Assembly: GCA_963666835.2 (NCBI GenBank) | Contig: CAXXGO010000006.1 | Span: forward strand, 2,048,001 to 2,112,000 | Source: Phycisphaerae bacterium | GTDB taxonomy: Bacteria; Planctomycetota; Phycisphaerae; UBA1845 | Direction: 5' to 3' | Length of the DNA: 64,000 nt | In this document: one piece after another, positions 27,857 through 37,513 of the stretch | How the letters are laid out: each line of letters opens with the position of its first letter | Position numbering within the stretch: position 1 is the stretch's first letter | Notes under the pieces: model-generated | Databases searched by the model: none | What the model saw: the letters and a program-made list of their open reading frames with translations, nothing else | What the model was told of the DNA's origin: nothing | Position numbers and translations under genes: made by a program

Positions 27857-29025
27857 GCCAGACTCCGGCGTATGCGGCCCCCCCGGTTGTGGCGTTTGCC
27901 GGGGGAGGTACGGGCGGTCACATGTACCCGGCGTTGGCGGTTGGCGACATCCTGCGTCGCCGCCTTCCCGGAGTTCGCTTTATCTACTTCGGAACCAGCC
28001 GGGCGATCGATCAGCGGGTTCTGGGCGACACGGACTGCGAACTGGTGCGCCAGAATCTCAAGCCGCTGTCGAAAGTGCCGTGGCGATGGCCGGGGTTTGC
28101 ATTCGCCTATTGGCGAACCAGTCGTCTCTGCCGTGCGCAGCTCGAGAGAGTTCGTCCGATGGTTATGATCGGAACGGGAGGGCTCAGCTCGGTGCCTGCG
28201 ATGCGCCAGGCCCGTCGTGCCGGGGTGCCGACGGTCGTGCTGAACCCGGATGCCGTTCCCGGGCGAGCCAACCGCCACTTGGCGACGTTGGCGGACATGG
28301 TCTTTCTGCAATGGGAGGAGACCCGGGAGTTCTTACCCGCTCGGGAGGGCATTCAGGTAAGCGGATGCGCTATCCGGTCAGAGTTCAACCGCGCCGATCG
28401 TGCCGCGGGGGCGGTCCGGTTCGGCCTGGACCCGAAGCGTAAGACGCTTCTGGTGACGGGGGCGTCGCAAGGAGCGCGGACGATCAACGAGGCCGTGTTG
28501 GCGAACATCGAACTTCTGGAGGAGTTCGACGATTGGCAGGTTCTCCACCTGACCGGCGATCTGGATTTCGAGCAGGTCAAAAAGGCGTACCAGAAGTCAC
28601 TCGTCCGGGCTGTCGTGCTGCCGTTCACCGACCGTATGGCCGAGGCCCTTGCTGCGGCCGACTTGGTTCTATCGCGTTCGGGAGCCTCCACTCTTGCGGA
28701 GATCACGGCCGTGGGGCGGGCGAGCGTGCTAATGCCCTACCCTTTCCACAAGGACATGCATCAGCGAGCCAACGCTCGTTGTCTGGTACGGGCTTCGGCC
28801 GCCCGCATGGTGCATGACGCGGCCGATCCCAGGGTCAACGGTCCGGCGCTAAGGTCGGTGTTGCAGTCGTTAATGGGTGATGCCGTGCGGCGCGGGGCTA
28901 TGGCGGATGCGGCTCGGCGGATTGGGCGAGGCAAAGCGGCGCGCGAGATCGCAGACCGGATAATCCAATTGGCGGTGCAGCGGGGCGCGATCACGGAGCA
29001 GGAGACGATGGCGCAATCGTGCTGA
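27850..29025 (+). CDS. murG: Lipid II GlcNAc transferase
   Basis: GGGTGGHMYP, PGRAN, GASQGA, SRSGAST and HQRANA. Confidence 0.96.
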   Translation: MVSQTPAYAAPPVVAFAGGGTGGHMYPALAVGDILRRRLPGVRFIYFGTSRAIDQRVLGDTDCELVRQNLKPLSKVPWRWPGFAFAYWRTSRLCRAQLERVRPMVMIGTGGLSSVPAMRQARRAGVPTVVLNPDAVPGRANRHLATLADMVFLQWEETREFLPAREGIQVSGCAIRSEFNRADRAAGAVRFGLDPKRKTLLVTGASQGARTINEAVLANIELLEEFDDWQVLHLTGDLDFEQVKKAYQKSLVRAVVLPFTDRMAEALAAADLVLSRSGASTLAEITAVGRASVLMPYPFHKDMHQRANARCLVRASAARMVHDAADPRVNGPALRSVLQSLMGDAVRRGAMADAARRIGRGKAAREIADRIIQLAVQRGAITEQETMAQSC

Positions 29026-29128
29026 AGATTCCGATATCTTCTCGGTCCGGGGTACGCCCCGATCAGGCGGAGACGGCGAAAGTCGCGTTGAGGTTGAGAG
29101 GATTCTCTTGAGGTTGGGGCCTACTGGA

Positions 29129-30568
29129 ATGGACAAACGTTCGGAACGAAGCGTCAGTGAGCCGGGCGGGCCGCCCAGCGGGTTTGGAGGCTCTACCGTC
29201 CACATGATTGGGGTCGGCGGGTGCGGCATGAGCGGAGCCGCCCGCATCTTGGCTCGTCTGGGGGCGAAGGTGTCGGGATCCGACCTGACTCCCTTCGATG
29301 GGCTCGGAGCCCTGGTCGCCGACAGTATCAGAGTTTCGATCGGGCATGATGCCGACCACGTCCATGACGATGTGGACCTCGTCGTGACTAGTGCGGCCAT
29401 CCCCGAGTCCAACGTGGAGCTGGCCAAGGCCAGGCACCAGGGTCTGCGCGTGCTCAAGTACGCAGAGCTGCTGGCTGCGTTGATGGAGCGGCGGAGCGGA
29501 GTTGCCATAGCCGGCACGCATGGCAAGAGCACGACGACGGCGATGTGCGCCCACCTTTTCCGAACGGCCGGTTTGTCGCCGTCGTTTCTGGTGGGGGCGA
29601 TCTCCGACCAGTTGGGTGGCAACAGTGCCGCGGGTGCGGGTGACCACTTCATCGCCGAGGCTTGCGAATACGATCGCTCGTTCTTACACCTTCGCCCGGA
29701 GTATGCGGCCATCCTGAATATTGAGCCGGACCACCTCGATTGCTATCGCGATATCGGTGAGATCGTACAGGCGTTCACGGAGTTTGCCGCGAATGTGGAT
29801 CCGGAAGGTCTGGTTCTTTGTAACGCCGAAGATGAGCTGGCCATGCAGGCCGCCGCCGGAGCGACCGCGAAGGTAGAGACCTTTGGCATCGAGTGCGAGG
29901 CGGACTGGCGCGGTGTGAATCTGCGAAGCGAGAACGGTCAGTATGCCTTCGACGTGACGTATCGGGGAGCGCATGTTCTTTCGGCGCGGCTGACCATTGC
30001 GGGGAAGCACAATGTGTACAATGCCCTTCCGGCAGTGGCTTTGGCTCGCCGCGGTGGGGCGGATGCAGAGTCCTTGAGTTCGGCATTGTCTACCTTCGCG
30101 GGTACCCACCGCCGGATGACTTGGCGTGGGCAAGGCCGCGGAGTGCAGATCGTCGACGATTATGCGCACCATCCCACGGAAATTCGGGTCACCATCGAAG
30201 CGGTTCGGAACCGCTACCGCCCGAAGCGGGTGTGGGTGGTGTTCCAACCGCATCAACATGCGCGCACGCGGCATCTTTTCGAGGACTTCGCCGAGTCGTT
30301 TATGGGGGTGGATGAGGTTATCGTGCCGGACATTTACGGTGCTCGAGAGGGTGGTAGCTTCGAACGGCGCGCAGGTGCCGAGGAGTTGGCATCGCGCATC
30401 CGGGAGAAGGGGGGCAGTGCTCGTTATCTGCCGAGTCTCGGGGAGACGGCCGAGCACGTGGCGGTGAATGCCACGGATGGTGATCTTGTGGTGACGATGG
30501 GAGCCGGTGACGTCTGGAAGGTAGCCGATGAGCTGGTGGAACGATTTTGCTCGCGACATGGAGTGTAA
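29129..30568 (+). CDS. murC: UDP-MurNAc--L-alanine ligase
   Basis: HMIGVGGCGMSG, AGTHGKSTTT, EACEYD, DDYAHHPTEI, FQPH and MGAG. Confidence 0.97.
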   Translation: MDKRSERSVSEPGGPPSGFGGSTVHMIGVGGCGMSGAARILARLGAKVSGSDLTPFDGLGALVADSIRVSIGHDADHVHDDVDLVVTSAAIPESNVELAKARHQGLRVLKYAELLAALMERRSGVAIAGTHGKSTTTAMCAHLFRTAGLSPSFLVGAISDQLGGNSAAGAGDHFIAEACEYDRSFLHLRPEYAAILNIEPDHLDCYRDIGEIVQAFTEFAANVDPEGLVLCNAEDELAMQAAAGATAKVETFGIECEADWRGVNLRSENGQYAFDVTYRGAHVLSARLTIAGKHNVYNALPAVALARRGGADAESLSSALSTFAGTHRRMTWRGQGRGVQIVDDYAHHPTEIRVTIEAVRNRYRPKRVWVVFQPHQHARTRHLFEDFAESFMGVDEVIVPDIYGAREGGSFERRAGAEELASRIREKGGSARYLPSLGETAEHVAVNATDGDLVVTMGAGDVWKVADELVERFCSRHGV

Positions 30569-31406
30569 TGCGCCTCTCGGGTGCTTGACCAGCTTCCGGG
30601 TCGGTGGTCGGGCGCGCTACCTGTACCGCCCACGTGATGTCGACCGACTCGCGGCCATGCTCCGGTGCGCCCGCGCGGAGGGGATCGCCATGCGGGTTCT
30701 CGGCGGCGGAGCGAATGTTCTGGTCCCGGACGAGGGGTTTGACGGAGTTGTGGTGCGTCTGGATAGCCCGAGATTCCGCGCGATCGACTGGAACGGGGCG
30801 ACGGTGACTATTGGGGCCGGCGTGGATGTCATGGCATTTGCCCGGCGGTGCAGTTCACGAGGATGGTCGGGGCTCGAGTGCATGGCGGGGATCCCCGCGA
30901 GTGTCGGCGGGGCGGTGCGGATGAACGCCGGAGGGCGCTTCGGTGACTTCGGTACCCTGGTTCGCGAGGCGGATGTTCTGCGGCTCGGCGGTGAGCGGGA
31001 GACGTGGTCTCGTGAGCGGCTCGACTTCGGGTATCGTTCCTCGGCCATCGATGCTGAGATCGTACTGGCGGCGCGGCTTGAGCTGTGTGAGGATGATCCG
31101 CTCCGTGCCCGAGAACGGTTCGATGAATGCCTCAACTATAAGCGTAACACGCAGCCCCTGGGCGACCACAGCGCGGGCTGTATTTTCAAGAACCCCGACG
31201 GACAATCGGCCGGAGCGCTGATTGACCGGGCCGGTGTCAAGGGCGCGCGCCGCGGCAGAGCTTACGTTTCCACGGACCACGCGAATTTCATCGTAGCCCG
31301 AGACGGAGCGAAAGCTGCCGACATTCTGGCACTTATAGATCTTATGCGCGAACGAGTCCGCGATGACTTCGGTGTCGAACTCGAGGTCGAAGTCGATATC
31401 TGGTAG
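30528..31406 (+). CDS. murB: UDP-N-acetylenolpyruvoylglucosamine reductase
   Basis: GGGANVL, GIPASVGGAVRMNAG, YRSS, SAGCIFKNP and HANFI. Confidence 0.97.
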   Translation: MSWWNDFARDMECNAPLGCLTSFRVGGRARYLYRPRDVDRLAAMLRCARAEGIAMRVLGGGANVLVPDEGFDGVVVRLDSPRFRAIDWNGATVTIGAGVDVMAFARRCSSRGWSGLECMAGIPASVGGAVRMNAGGRFGDFGTLVREADVLRLGGERETWSRERLDFGYRSSAIDAEIVLAARLELCEDDPLRARERFDECLNYKRNTQPLGDHSAGCIFKNPDGQSAGALIDRAGVKGARRGRAYVSTDHANFIVARDGAKAADILALIDLMRERVRDDFGVELEVEVDIW

Positions 31407-31432
31407 GCGGGTACGGGAGGGAGGACCGGAGT

Positions 31433-32398
31433 ATGACTCTGGCAGACACGATTCGATTGCCGCAGCGTCCCTTCGAGGCGCCCGTGAAGAAACTCGATAT
31501 AACCGTGCTCGCGGGCGGGCCGGGAACGGAACGCGAGGTCAGCATTGACGGCGGGCGCGCGGTTAGTGACGCGCTGCGGACACTGGGGCACCGGGTGTCG
31601 GTCCGCGATATTGACGCCGATGATCTGTCGGCCATCGATCGTCCGGCAGATTTCGTGTTTATCGTGCTTCACGGCGAGTTCGGCGAGGACGGTACCGTGC
31701 AGGCCGAACTCGATGTCCGAGGAACCCCGTACGCCGGGTCCGGCGCGGAAGCCTCTCGGGTGGCCATGGACAAGGCGGCCGCCAAACAGCGCTTCGAACG
31801 GGCGGGGATCCCGACCCCGGCTTACGAAGTGGTTGATCGGGCCGGACTGGCGGGTTTGGAAGCGCGGTTTCCCGTCCCGGCCGTGGTCAAGCCGGTGGCT
31901 TCCGGGAGCAGCGTTGATACGAAGATCGTTCGCAATTCGACCGATCTTGCCGCCCACGCCGCGAAGCTGACCGGTGATTATGGAACGGCGCTGGTGGAGG
32001 AATACATCGACGGGCGCGAATTGACGGTGGGTATTCTCGATGACCGGGCGCTTCCGGTCTGCGAGATTCGCACCCGCCGCGAGTTCTACGACTATCAGGC
32101 CAAGTACGTGGACGATGACACCGAATATGTCTTTGACCTCGATTTCCCTGCCGCTTTCCTGGAGCGCGTGCAGGCGATGAGCCTGCAAGCCCATCAGGCG
32201 CTGGGGTGTCAGGTTTTTTCACGGGTGGACTGGATGGTCGATGCGGCCACCATGGAGCCGTACGTTTTGGAGATTAATACGATCCCCGGGTTCACGAGCC
32301 ACTCGCTGCTGCCCAAGGCTGCCGCCCGGGTGGGCTTTAGTTTCGACCGGCTCTGCCAACGGATCGTCGAACTCTCTCTGGCGAAGCCCGGCGGCTGA
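31433..32398 (+). CDS. ddl: D-alanine--D-alanine ligase
   Basis: GGPGTEREVS, LHGEFGEDG, GSS, FYDYQAKY and EINTIPGFT. Confidence 0.97.
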   Translation: MTLADTIRLPQRPFEAPVKKLDITVLAGGPGTEREVSIDGGRAVSDALRTLGHRVSVRDIDADDLSAIDRPADFVFIVLHGEFGEDGTVQAELDVRGTPYAGSGAEASRVAMDKAAAKQRFERAGIPTPAYEVVDRAGLAGLEARFPVPAVVKPVASGSSVDTKIVRNSTDLAAHAAKLTGDYGTALVEEYIDGRELTVGILDDRALPVCEIRTRREFYDYQAKYVDDDTEYVFDLDFPAAFLERVQAMSLQAHQALGCQVFSRVDWMVDAATMEPYVLEINTIPGFTSHSLLPKAAARVGFSFDRLCQRIVELSLAKPGG

Positions 32399-32506
32399 AC
32401 CTCCGGGCTGCGACCGCACAACGGTACGTCTGGCGTCGAAGCTCTTGCGGCGCAGCAGGTCGAGCAGGACCGGGCGACAGAGTCAACTGGATAAGGCGAC
32501 GCCCTT

Positions 32507-33391
32507 ATGGGTGCTACCAAGAAGAAACGGCGAAAACGGAAGGCCCAGGGCTCCGGCTGGTGGGGTTCGTTAGATGAGGACCGCCGCCGCCGGGTATGGC
32601 TCGGGGGCGGAGTGTTCCTTCTGGCTCTGGCGGTGATGAGTGTCATGGTAGTGGCCTTCGATCGCGTGGAGGTCTACGTCAATCGATCGCTCCTGGGACG
32701 TAGCGAACCGGTGCTGGTGTTTGCGGATCTGCCGTCTGATCTGGAGAGTCTGGCCGAGGGCGATCTCCGCGAAAGCGTCGCGGATCTTCTGGAACGCCGG
32801 TGGACGGACGATCGTCTGTGCCGGGAGATGGCCGAGCGGCTTTCCACCGTGGGGTGGGTCGCGCGCGTTCATCATGTTCGCCGGACGGGCGACGCGCGCT
32901 TCGAAGTGAGTTGCCGGTATCGTATGCCCTTTGCAATGGTCCAAAGGGACAATCAGTTCTTTTTGGTCGATGCGGAGGCCGAACGCCTGCCCGGCGTGTA
33001 TCGCTATGACCCGTCGTGGCAGCTTGTGCAAGGGGTTGCCGCGCCACCGCCGCCGCCGGGGGCTAAGTGGGTCGGGGACGACCTGGAAGCCAGCTTGAAC
33101 GTAATCGACGAACTGTCGCGCGAGGCGTTCGCCCATCAGATAACTGCGGTGCTGGTGGGGAACTACTCCGGCCGGCACGACCCGCACGCCGCGCATCTGG
33201 AACTGGCGACGGATCAAGCCGGGGGGCGAATCCGCTGGGGCTCGGCTCCGGGAGATGAGGTGGAAGAGAACCTGGTGGGACAGAAGCTGGCAATCCTCAG
33301 AGAGAACTACCGCCGTACCGGGAGAGTTGACGCCAACCACTCGATCATCGACATTTCCGTGTTCCCGGACAGATTCACCATCCCCGGCTGA
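32507..33391 (+). CDS. Divergent FtsQ/DivIB-like protein
   Basis: Basic N-terminus, single TM, POTRA-like 'GWVARV..VRR...V..R.P.A' and LVD; follows ddl. Confidence 0.7.
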   Translation: MGATKKKRRKRKAQGSGWWGSLDEDRRRRVWLGGGVFLLALAVMSVMVVAFDRVEVYVNRSLLGRSEPVLVFADLPSDLESLAEGDLRESVADLLERRWTDDRLCREMAERLSTVGWVARVHHVRRTGDARFEVSCRYRMPFAMVQRDNQFFLVDAEAERLPGVYRYDPSWQLVQGVAAPPPPPGAKWVGDDLEASLNVIDELSREAFAHQITAVLVGNYSGRHDPHAAHLELATDQAGGRIRWGSAPGDEVEENLVGQKLAILRENYRRTGRVDANHSIIDISVFPDRFTIPG

Positions 33392-33555
33392 CGTGGATGG
33401 TTCGCGATTTGTGCTGCGAACACAAGAGTCAGCGTGGCTGAATCTGGGGTCGGTTGCGGACGAGACGTGGGGCGGGCCACACCGGAGCGGACGGAATATT
33501 GCAGTCGGCTCCCCGAATATGTGGTAGAATCAGGAAAACTTAAACAGGTGATGCC

Positions 33556-34386
33556 ATGACTGATCTAAGTCCAATCGTTGAGCACGTGCGTGATTTTGTG
33601 GTCCACAGCGTTCCTCCCGGAATGCAGGAGCGGGCCGTCGTGGTTGCGGCGGTCTTCCTGGCCGTGGGGATTGGCCTCAGTGTTCTCGGAGCGAAGCTGG
33701 CCCGCCCGGTTCTGACGGTCTTTGTCGCGTCGGTGGGTGGCTTAGCCGGCGTGTTCTTCGCGCGGAATGCGGGGTTTCACGAGCCTGTCGGGCAGGTTAT
33801 CGGCGGGGCGGTCGGCATGGCGATGTTTGGAACGGTCGCCCTGTTGACTTTCCGGATCTGGGTGGGAGTGATAACGGCCCTCGTCCTCTCGACAATTGCG
33901 CTGGGGTCGTTCGGCTACGACCGCCTGGCGCCGCATGTGGCCGAATTCGAAGGGGTCGTGAAATCCTCTACGGTTGATGGGGGGCAGAAGTACGTGATCC
34001 CGACGCCAGCCGAGCAGCAGTCTTATCGTGATAGAACGCCGGGCCAGTGGGCTCAGGAGTTCTGGACCTTTGCCACCGGCAAGGATGCTAACCTTGGCGT
34101 CCACAGCAGATTAGTGGGTACCGGCGCGCTGGCTATCGGTCTGTTCCTCGGGGTGGTCGCGATGCGATGGATGTTGATCCTCTCGACGTCCGCCGCGGGA
34201 ACTTTGCTGGTAACGTCGGGGGTGGCCACGCTGGTTGCCCATGCCGTGCCCGGTTCTTATCAGGCGTTCGCCCGCCATCCGGGCATTCTCGGAATGGGGA
34301 TCGGGGCTTTCATGGTGACGTCGCTGATCCTCCAGACGCTGCTGACCCGCAAAGCGCCGGCGGAAAAGGCGGAAGCCGCCGTCTAG
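33556..34386 (+). CDS. Multi-TM protein, DUF4203/TMEM198-like
   Basis: GIGLSVLGAKLARP..GGLAG and ILSTSAAGTLLV pattern; Gly-rich TM helices. Confidence 0.65.
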   Translation: MTDLSPIVEHVRDFVVHSVPPGMQERAVVVAAVFLAVGIGLSVLGAKLARPVLTVFVASVGGLAGVFFARNAGFHEPVGQVIGGAVGMAMFGTVALLTFRIWVGVITALVLSTIALGSFGYDRLAPHVAEFEGVVKSSTVDGGQKYVIPTPAEQQSYRDRTPGQWAQEFWTFATGKDANLGVHSRLVGTGALAIGLFLGVVAMRWMLILSTSAAGTLLVTSGVATLVAHAVPGSYQAFARHPGILGMGIGAFMVTSLILQTLLTRKAPAEKAEAAV

Positions 34387-34449
34387 GTGCCTGGCCGTTC
34401 GGTCCGAGCCATTGCCGTGTCACCTACGGTGTCTCGAGTTGGCTGCTTG

Positions 34450-34875
34450 TCATGTGGTGCGCCCGGAGTTTCGCGTGAGACCGTTGTACCTCACTTCCTC
34501 GCGCATCCAGATTGTCAGATCCTCTTTCGTCATGGTGTGCTCCGCTACCTGAAGAATGTCGCGCTCAAGCCCTTCCGGGGACGGCAGCATCTGAGCCTTG
34601 TTTACGTCCAGAAACACCAACGCCGCGAGGGCGGCGGTTCTCTTGTTACCATCGTAGAACGGTTGGTTCTGTGAGATATGGAACACATAGGCGGTAGCCA
34701 TACCGGGCAGATCTGCGTGAAGATACTCTCCACCGAACTGCTGCCGGGGCATCATCACCGCTGATTCGAGGAGGCCGTGATCGCGGATTCCGCTTGCCCC
34801 CCCTTCATGCTCGATAACATCATCGTGAATAACGAGAACGTCATCGACACTAAGAAACCGGGGCGGCTCCATCAC
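34450..34875 (-). CDS. Doc/Fic family toxin
   Basis: IHDDVI..GG..GIRD.GLLESA..P and the Fic/Doc motif variant NQPFYDGNKRTA. Confidence 0.9.
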   Translation of the reverse strand: MMEPPRFLSVDDVLVIHDDVIEHEGGASGIRDHGLLESAVMMPRQQFGGEYLHADLPGMATAYVFHISQNQPFYDGNKRTAALAALVFLDVNKAQMLPSPEGLERDILQVAEHTMTKEDLTIWMREEVRYNGLTRNSGRTT

Positions 34876-35099
34876 TCGGCCAGCTTCTTGAGCATCTCGC
34901 CGTAGCGTGGTCGCAGCTTCGCGATTGCCTCTTCCACGCGCTGTTGCCCGATGCCGACATCCACCGGAGTGATGATGAGGCTGCCGCCGCTGACAATCAC
35001 CTGGAATTCCGTGTCCTTGTCAGCCCCAAGTGCGTCCAGCAGAGGCTTCTCGATGACCAACGCTTGGCTGTTGCCGTGCTTCTGCAGAGTCTTCACCAT
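34872..35099 (-). CDS. AbrB/MazE/SpoVT family antitoxin
   Basis: KHGNSQALVI..L motif; C-terminal RYGEMLKKLA; 4-nt overlap with the toxin. Confidence 0.92.
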   Translation of the reverse strand: MVKTLQKHGNSQALVIEKPLLDALGADKDTEFQVIVSGGSLIITPVDVGIGQQRVEEAIAKLRPRYGEMLKKLAE

Positions 35100-35110
35100 G
35101 CCGAATCTCC

Positions 35111-35149
35111 TGTTGTAACTATGTTACAACATTCTCGTCGCGGAGGCAA
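35111..35149 (-). promoter_or_regulatory. TA promoter with palindromic operator
   Basis: -35 TTGCCT, 17 nt, -10 TAACAT. Perfect inverted repeat TGTTGTAAC-TAT-GTTACAACA (35111-35131) covers the -10. Confidence 0.8.
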
Positions 35150-35445
35150 ACGGCGTTCGGGTGACACGGTCTCTCCGGGCCGATTGGATTCGCCTTTCTG
35201 TTGATTTCTTGTGGTTATATCGGCCTTGATTGCACTATGAGTGGATTCGCCCCCGGTAGCGTCATGTGGTAAAGAAGGCCAGCACGTACGGCGGCAATGT
35301 CCGAATCGAGTCTGCGTCCGCCAGAGCGATGATCGACGCGTTGTGGGAGTCTGCAAGCTCAGCTTGCTGCTTGTGTTGACTCCATTCCCGGGCATCCCTG
35401 TTTCTCGGACCTCCTCGTGCTACCCGATTGGCGACCCCTGTGATT

Positions 35446-35520
35446 CAGGTCCGGCTTTGCCCGACACCTCGCGGGGTTGGCTTACGTTTGCAGTTCGGCG
35501 TCGGGCGGATCCCGACCCAC
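35446..35520. repeat. REPIN-like inverted REP doublet, copy 1
   Basis: GGTCCGGC-TTT-GCCCGAC...GTCGGGCGGATCCCGACCCAC; homologous to 35734-35810. Confidence 0.65.
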
Positions 35521-35733
35521 CGGCCTGGCATATCGGTCCGAAAGACAGGGCCACCCCCCAGGGCGGGGGTGACTTTGGGGGCGGAGCCTCACCCAGTTTC
35601 GCGTCCGTCACTCCAACCTCAGGAATATTCCGCAAGCGGCGATATCTTAGATTACGGGGGAGCCCGCTAATCGGCGCGCCGCTTCGATCATGACGCGCGG
35701 GGGAGGGGGCGGAAGACAGTGCGCTGAAGCCAA

Positions 35734-35810
35734 GGAGGTCGGGCTATGCCCGACACCTCCCGGGGTTTGTTTGCCCTTTACAGTCTGGCGTCGGGCAGAA
35801 CGCGACCTAC
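35734..35810. repeat. REPIN-like inverted REP doublet, copy 2
   Basis: GGAGGTCGGGC-TAT-GCCCGAC...GTCGGGCAGAACGCGACCTAC, with a CTAC/GTAG foot. Confidence 0.65.
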
Positions 35811-35842
35811 CGAACTGGTTTCGCTGGTATGGAGACTCTGGA

Positions 35843-36454
35843 ATGGCCTTCACCGTGGGGGATTGGATGACGTTTCTTCAGGGGGCGGATACGTTGATCG
35901 GCCTTCCGCTGCTGGTAGCCGGGGCGGCGCTGATGGTAGCCGGATGGCGTTTGTGGAAGGTCTGCGTCGTGCTGTCCTTTGGCTTGATCGGAGCCGGTCT
36001 CGGCCAACGCCTCGCCGGCAGCGCTGATGGAAGTAGTTACTATGCGTTGGTCGCGGGGGTTGTCCTCGGCGTATTGAGCTACTTTCCTGCGCGGCAGAGT
36101 GTTGCGGTCTTGGGTGGGTTGATCGGAACGGCGTTGGCGATGTACGTTCTTGCGGACGCCGGTTTGAATGGTGCTCCGCTATGGCTCGTCGGTGCGGCGG
36201 TGTTCCTGTGCTGTACGGCGATGGCGTACACCAACCGAAAGACGGTCGTGGTGGCGGTGACGGCAGTATTGGGAGCGGCATTGCTGATGTCCGGGATATC
36301 CGTCCTCATCATGATGTCCCCGTCGATGTACGCGCAGCTCAGCTCCATTGCGGCTGCTAGCAGCCTGGTTGGGGCGTTCTTCTTGCTGGTTCCAGCGGTG
36401 GTAAGTTACTTTGTGCAGGCCGGTGAAATGCGGCGGCTGGACGTCGAAATCTAA
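35843..36454 (+). CDS. Multi-TM protein, DUF4203/TMEM198-like
   Basis: GGAG SD; GAALMVAGWRLWK..GLIGA and VAVTAVLGAALLMSG; architecture similar to 33556-34386. Confidence 0.7.
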   Translation: MAFTVGDWMTFLQGADTLIGLPLLVAGAALMVAGWRLWKVCVVLSFGLIGAGLGQRLAGSADGSSYYALVAGVVLGVLSYFPARQSVAVLGGLIGTALAMYVLADAGLNGAPLWLVGAAVFLCCTAMAYTNRKTVVVAVTAVLGAALLMSGISVLIMMSPSMYAQLSSIAAASSLVGAFFLLVPAVVSYFVQAGEMRRLDVEI

Positions 36455-36547
36455 TCACACGGCGAACCGGCGCCGGGCGAGTCCCAAGACCGTGCGTTTC
36501 CTTCGGGGCGGCCGAGCGAGCTTGCGAACCTCGTTATCGCAGGCAAG

Positions 36548-37513
36548 TCACGGCATCAATGCCCGAACATGTCGTCCGGCGCGCTCGAATTCCGAGTCCG
36601 TTTCATCTTCGGGCATCTTGGCGGCTTCACCGCCGCCCATCCACTCCTTAGCGAAAGTACCGTCGCGGACGTCCTCGAGGATCTGCTTCATGGCGCTGCG
36701 GCCGGATTCGCCGACCAGCTTCGGCCCGCGGGTCAAACCGCCGTACTCGGCCGTGTTGGAGATACGCTGTCGCATGCCGGCCAAGCCGTGCTCGTACACC
36801 AAGTCTGCCACTTGCTTGAGTTCGTGGACACATTCTAGGTACGCAAGCTCCGGTTCGTAGCCGGCATCCACGAGCGTTTCGAAGGCCGCCTTCATGAGTG
36901 AGACGACTCCGCCGCACAGAACGGTTTGTTCGCCGAACAGGTCGGTTTCCGTTTCATCTTCGAAAGTAGTCTCGATGACTCCCGCTCGGGCCGATCCAAT
37001 GCCGACGCACCATGCCAGGGCGATTCTCTTAGCGTAACCGGTCGCATCGCGGTGGATGGCAAACAGGGCTGGAATGCCCTTCCCTTCGACAAACGAAGAG
37101 CGCAGCAAGGTCCCCGGGCCCTTCGGGGCGACCAAAACGACGTCGATTTCGTCCGGCGGTTTGATGAAGCCGTACCGGATGTTGAAGCCGTGGAGGAACC
37201 CGACGGCCACACCCGGATTGAGCGCGGGGGCGATTTCTCTCTCGAAGACTGCTGGAGCGGCTTCGTCGGGTAGGGCGATGATGACGACATCGGCGGCACC
37301 GGCCGCCTCCCCAACGGGGAGCGGGTCGAACCCGTCAACCTTAGCGTTGTCGAAACTAGCTCCCGGGCGTTGTCCCACGATGGTCTTGGCGCCGGAATCG
37401 CGCAAGTTGAGTGCGTGGGCTTTCCCCTGATTGCCATAGCCGATCACCGCTACACGCGTGTTCACGAAGGCTTGCAGATTCAGGTCTTTTTCTCGATAGA
37501 CTGTCAACGCCAT
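36548..37513 (-). CDS. ilvC: Ketol-acid reductoisomerase
   Basis: IGYGNQGKAHALNLRDSG, HGFNI, APKGPG, ETETDLFGEQTVLCGG and ISNTAEYG. Confidence 0.98.
   Translation of the reverse strand: MALTVYREKDLNLQAFVNTRVAVIGYGNQGKAHALNLRDSGAKTIVGQRPGASFDNAKVDGFDPLPVGEAAGAADVVIIALPDEAAPAVFEREIAPALNPGVAVGFLHGFNIRYGFIKPPDEIDVVLVAPKGPGTLLRSSFVEGKGIPALFAIHRDATGYAKRIALAWCVGIGSARAGVIETTFEDETETDLFGEQTVLCGGVVSLMKAAFETLVDAGYEPELAYLECVHELKQVADLVYEHGLAGMRQRISNTAEYGGLTRGPKLVGESGRSAMKQILEDVRDGTFAKEWMGGGEAAKMPEDETDSEFERAGRHVRALMP

Noticed and set aside
35093..35693. ORFs 35093-35395(-) and 35241-35693(+)
   Set aside because: Atypical composition; they run through the TA operator or REPINs and show no recognisable domain.
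35440..35800. Tandem c-di-GMP-I riboswitches (minus-strand GGCAAAC / GCAAAGCC)
   Set aside because: The GGACGCAAAG junction and P3 receptor are missing; a REP-doublet architecture with a CTAC foot explains the pattern.
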